DNA from: Rippkaea orientalis PCC 8801
GTDB taxonomy: Bacteria; Cyanobacteriota; Cyanobacteriia; Cyanobacteriales; Microcystaceae
NCBI RefSeq assembly: GCF_000021805.1
Contig: NC_011726.1
Span: 2,510,097 to 2,574,096, forward strand
DNA: 64,000 nt
Direction of reading: 5' to 3'
Made by a program: the position numbers and the translations under genes
Part shown: piece after piece, positions 60,340-64,000 of the stretch
Layout: the number at the start of each line of letters is the position of its first letter
How positions within the stretch are numbered: position 1 is the stretch's first letter
The notes under the pieces: generated by a model
Told to the model about the DNA's origin: nothing
Seen by the model: the letters and a program-made list of their open reading frames with translations, nothing else
Databases searched by the model: none

Positions 60340-63192
60340 TTATAACCAATTGCCTACTAAAACAAAGGGAGCCCAATAGAAAGCATGGTGATATTCCCCA
60401 GAGTGCAATAAAGACAGTTGTGCTTGACGTAGTGCCTCAGCTTTAGTGATTCCGGGTTGATTTAAGATCTTATAGAACTCGGCCATCAAATTCGCCGTAG
60501 ACTGGTCTTGGACTGACCAAAGAGTGGCGATGGTACTGCGGGCTCCTGAACGCACTGCGACCCCGGCTAATCCTAATACGGCTCGTTTGTCGCCAGTAGC
60601 AGTCTGACAAGCACTTAAAATCAACATTTCGATCGGAGTTTGCTGTTTTTCTTCCCGTTCGCGTAACAATTGATCTAAGTTTTTCACATTAATCCGTTCA
60701 TCCCATGTCAGCAAAAACGTCTCTTCAACTTGGGAAGAAAACTGACCATGGGTTGCCAGATGAACAATGGGAAAGGACGTGGACTCAATTTTTGTTTGTA
60801 GACGCGGGCGAGTAAATTCTTGATTTAAGAGGATTTCTGCGGGGAGAATTTCAGAGATGTCTTTAACTTCTTGGGTGACTCCAGGCAACGCGGAGAAACC
60901 CTGACGAGCTTCTGCTAAGCCACCGGCCAGGATTTTTAACTTTTCTTGAGACAGCGATCGCGGACTTAATAATTGTAACCCCGGAGTCAGGGCAATACGG
61001 TATTTTTCAATTAAATACTCCTTCCCATCGTGTAGGGCAGCCATGGGTACACCTCGTAACAGTCCATCGAGAACAAAAACTAAAGTTTTAATGTTATTTT
61101 CTTTTAATTCTGTTTCTAAGGGACGAATGAGCCAATTATAAAATTGTTGATGGGGACGAAGGGGGTCGGGACTAGGAATAAAGGGGTTTAAGTTGGCAAA
61201 CATCTCATCAAAAACTTCTTCTATTTCCCTCGATGAAGTCTGATTGAATTGCTTATTGAGGGTTGTTTCGTGGTAGCTTAAGGGCTGGTTCGGAACCGAT
61301 AAAATTACCGCCAGACGTTCGGGTAAAACAATGGAATAGATAACGGCTGCGTGGGGATCAATTTGCTCAATTTGTTGTGGTTGCGCCTCAATACAGGCTT
61401 CCCGAAAGAAGTTATTGAGTTCAGCTAATTGTAGTGATTCTATAAGGTCGCGGGCTTTTTTTAGGTTTTCCTGACTAATTTTTTCTGGGTTTTCCGGTTG
61501 ATTAGAAGACGGTTGCAAGAGTTGAGCCACCAGTTCCCGATAGACGGGTTCTACGCTATCACGGAAGTCAAATTGAAGGTCTGTATTCGTCACCACTAAG
61601 TCCTGTCGTAGCGACTCAAGGATATCCACGGTTAACCTATAGGCTGCGATCGCTTTGGTATTTTCTCCTTGGAGTTGGTACAATCTCCCTAGTTGCCATT
61701 GCCACAAGTAGGCGATTTCAGGATAATTAAAGCCAGAAACCTTTTGCAAGGCAAGTTCGGTTAACTCTTGTGCTTTTGTTAAATTTCCCATTAGTTGATA
61801 GCTGGCACCTAAATACCCTAAAACATTCGCTTGAGAGGGGTTATGCTCGATGTTTTTTGCTTGGTTAAGGGTTGTTTCTAGAAGGTTTTGGATGGTTAAC
61901 CAAGAGGTTATCTGTTCTTGGGTCAGATAACTTTTAAAACCTGGTTTGACGATGGAACAAGATTGTAAAATTGGTGGGGTTAGTTGATTGAAACTAGCCT
62001 GAAAAGAATTTTGAAGACACATTAATTGTTGTACAAATTTTAGTTTGATTAAAATCGTTTTTTGACTGGATGGTAATACCGTTAGCCTGTCTTCAATTTG
62101 ATTGATTAAAAGAGGAATTTCTTTTCCTTGCTGTTGTTGGATTAATAAACTTAATAAATTTAGCTGTGCTTGTATTTTAGTTAGCGAGCTACTTCCTATT
62201 TGAGCTTGACGATAGCAAGCGATCGCTTGTTGATAAAATTGTTCACGGGTTTGATAGGTTGACGAGGGAATACAACTGATTTCACTGCGTAACTCTATTG
62301 TTCTTGGTTGGGGATTTCTCGCAGGGGTTTGGTTGCCTAAAATTTGAGCAGTATTCCCTAAACTCAGGGCAAGAGTGGCTAAGATTTCAGGATCTTTTTG
62401 AGGTTGGGCTAATTGGAAACTTTTTAATAAAACCTTTTGAGATTGTTTAGTTTGTCCCGTTACTCGTAAGACATTCCCTAGACTCCGCAATCCCAATATT
62501 TGTAAAGAAATTGCTGTATTTTCTTGGGGAATAAGTTGTAGTTTTTCTTCGGATATTTGACAGTCTTGACTATTGATGTTTAAAGCGTCTAATAAGGTCT
62601 GACAAGCTCTTGGATAAAATCCTAACTGTTGCATCGCTTGAGCTTGATTAATTTGACTTTGAATAACTTGGGTTTGATGACTATTTTTTTGATAAATACT
62701 AGCAGCTTTCTGCCAAGTTTCAAGGGCATTTTGGGGTTGTCCTAATGCTAATTTTAACTGTCCGTCAATGTCTAAACTGGCTGCCAAAATTCCCTGCTGT
62801 ACTGTCGTCTTTTCTTGATTATCTAGGAGGGATAAACTTTGAGCGATCGCGGTTTTTGCTTCCTCCCATTCTCCTAACTGTTGATAACTTAAGGATACAT
62901 TACTCAAAGACATACTTTGGTTTAATACATCCCCTTGTTCACGAAAAAGATCGGCTGCTTGTTGCCAAATTTTTACTGCTTCTGAGAATTGTTGTGATTG
63001 ATATAATTGTTGTCCTTTTTGTATTAATTCAAGTGGATTGCTTGAATAGGAAAGGGCAGCTTGCGTTATTACAATAGGGGCTATTAAAGAGATAAAAAAA
63101 AGCAAAATCAATACAAGCAAGGCTCTTATATTGTAGAATTTTTTGCTCAAATATCTAAATATTTGTTTGAGCTTAGGGTATTTTTTCTGCAT
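60340..63192 (-). CDS. TPR-repeat + CHAT-domain protein, a paralog of the ORF at 33803
   Basis: 950 aa. C-terminal VHLATHGQF...LILSACQTATGD...ATLWSVQD is nearly identical in motif layout to the other CHAT protein. Confidence 0.85.
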   Translation of the reverse strand: MQKKYPKLKQIFRYLSKKFYNIRALLVLILLFFISLIAPIVITQAALSYSSNPLELIQKGQQLYQSQQFSEAVKIWQQAADLFREQGDVLNQSMSLSNVSLSYQQLGEWEEAKTAIAQSLSLLDNQEKTTVQQGILAASLDIDGQLKLALGQPQNALETWQKAASIYQKNSHQTQVIQSQINQAQAMQQLGFYPRACQTLLDALNINSQDCQISEEKLQLIPQENTAISLQILGLRSLGNVLRVTGQTKQSQKVLLKSFQLAQPQKDPEILATLALSLGNTAQILGNQTPARNPQPRTIELRSEISCIPSSTYQTREQFYQQAIACYRQAQIGSSSLTKIQAQLNLLSLLIQQQQGKEIPLLINQIEDRLTVLPSSQKTILIKLKFVQQLMCLQNSFQASFNQLTPPILQSCSIVKPGFKSYLTQEQITSWLTIQNLLETTLNQAKNIEHNPSQANVLGYLGASYQLMGNLTKAQELTELALQKVSGFNYPEIAYLWQWQLGRLYQLQGENTKAIAAYRLTVDILESLRQDLVVTNTDLQFDFRDSVEPVYRELVAQLLQPSSNQPENPEKISQENLKKARDLIESLQLAELNNFFREACIEAQPQQIEQIDPHAAVIYSIVLPERLAVILSVPNQPLSYHETTLNKQFNQTSSREIEEVFDEMFANLNPFIPSPDPLRPHQQFYNWLIRPLETELKENNIKTLVFVLDGLLRGVPMAALHDGKEYLIEKYRIALTPGLQLLSPRSLSQEKLKILAGGLAEARQGFSALPGVTQEVKDISEILPAEILLNQEFTRPRLQTKIESTSFPIVHLATHGQFSSQVEETFLLTWDERINVKNLDQLLREREEKQQTPIEMLILSACQTATGDKRAVLGLAGVAVRSGARSTIATLWSVQDQSTANLMAEFYKILNQPGITKAEALRQAQLSLLHSGEYHHAFYWAPFVLVGNWL

Positions 63193-63236
63193 TTTCTATT
63201 TTGGACAAAATTGATAGAGGGTTAGGAAGTATTAAC

Positions 63237-63257
63237 TTCTGACTTCTGACTTCTGAC
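63237..63257. repeat. Heptanucleotide tandem repeat cttctga x3
   Basis: Three consecutive units cttctga cttctga cttctga, about 45 nt upstream of the CHAT gene start codon at 63192. Confidence 0.75.
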
Positions 63258-63266
63258 TTCGTTAAT

Positions 63267-64000
63267 TCATGCTTCACCTCCTACCATAACCTCTTTAATG
63301 CGTAAACTTGGCCCCCCGCACCCAACAGCTAACCCACTTTGTCCTCCTTTACCACAACCTCCGGATTCATCCCAATAAAAATCATTTCCGATCGCTTCAA
63401 TATTTCCAAGGGTTTTAAACACATTGCCCGACAAAGTAACATCCCTGACGGGTTCACAAATTTGCCCATTGCGGATCATCCAAGCTTCTCCAGCACTAAA
63501 GGTAAACATCTCTCCATTTGTCATTCCTCCTAGCCAATTTTTCGCATAAACTCCTTCTTTAATATCGCTAAACAAGTCTTCTACGGGAGTCTTTCCCCGT
63601 TCGATCCAAGTATTAGTCATTCGCACTAAAGGAGGATAATGATAATTCAAACAACGGGCATTTCCCGTCGGCGTTTCATTTAATTTTCCCGCCGTTTCTC
63701 TTGAATGTAATCGTCCCACTAACATCCCATCATGAATTAATTGGGTAGTGGTTGCGGGGACTCCTTCATCATCATAAAAATAACTCCCTCGGTGTCCTTC
63801 AGGAGCAGCCCCATCAAAAATTTGTAGCATCTCAGGTCCAAATTGTCGCCCCAAACTCATCACTTCCAATAGATCGGGATTTTCGTATAACATATCGGCT
63901 TCTGAGAGGTGGCCAAATGCCTCATGAACGAACAAACCCGTCAAAATGGGGTCAATCACTACTGTATAGTTATTGCCCTTTACAGGGGGCAAAACTAGGG
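63267..64000 (-). CDS. TldD/PmbA-family metalloprotease, C-terminal part; the N-terminus lies beyond the window end
   Basis: HEAFGH motif and C-terminal GCGG..IKEVMVGG. The frame stays open to the window edge. Confidence 0.8.
   Translation of the reverse strand, partial: LVLPPVKGNNYTVVIDPILTGLFVHEAFGHLSEADMLYENPDLLEVMSLGRQFGPEMLQIFDGAAPEGHRGSYFYDDEGVPATTTQLIHDGMLVGRLHSRETAGKLNETPTGNARCLNYHYPPLVRMTNTWIERGKTPVEDLFSDIKEGVYAKNWLGGMTNGEMFTFSAGEAWMIRNGQICEPVRDVTLSGNVFKTLGNIEAIGNDFYWDESGGCGKGGQSGLAVGCGGPSLRIKEVMVGGEA

Noticed and set aside
1-64000. tRNA/rRNA genes
   Set aside because: Scanning intergenic regions found no T-loop GTTCGAATCC-like motifs or rRNA-like conserved stretches.

Overview
This 64-kb window reads as chromosomal DNA from a unicellular cyanobacterium. 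Supporting signs: many HIP1 octamers (GCGATCGC), heptanucleotide STRR-like tandem repeats, psbZ, and a ferredoxin-type nitrate assimilation cluster nirA-nrtP-narB. It is gene-dense on both strands with about 60 coding regions. I found no rRNA or tRNA genes and no CRISPR array.

The most interesting region is a co-directional four-gene block at 1585-8855. It encodes a PvdQ/AiiC-like Ntn-hydrolase acylase, a DUF2235 lipase-like alpha/beta hydrolase, a beta-trefoil::cytochrome P450 fusion, and an iron lipoxygenase. Together these could form a fatty-acid release, hydroperoxidation and rearrangement pathway of the oxylipin type.

Other notable content:
- Toxin-antitoxin and defence candidates: BrnT/BrnA next to a NERD-SF1 helicase-pentapeptide fusion, YefM/RelE-YoeB-like, a zinc-finger antitoxin with a decayed DUF4258 toxin remnant, HicAB, a PIN remnant, and a TIR::FGE-sulfatase-domain fusion protein.
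- Two TPR-CHAT paralogs, one of them next to a DUF928 gene.
- Three Uma2 (DUF820) paralogs.
- A DUF29 pseudogene.
- A GH38 mannosidase/GT-C glycosylation operon.
- An NfeD-flotillin operon.
- Metal-homeostasis genes (CobW-family, Dps, MntP, Mn/Zn ABC transporter).
- The nirA-nrtP-narB cluster is split by an approximately 1.8-kb insertion carrying a P-loop NTPase gene, a Uma2 gene and a transposase-like fragment.
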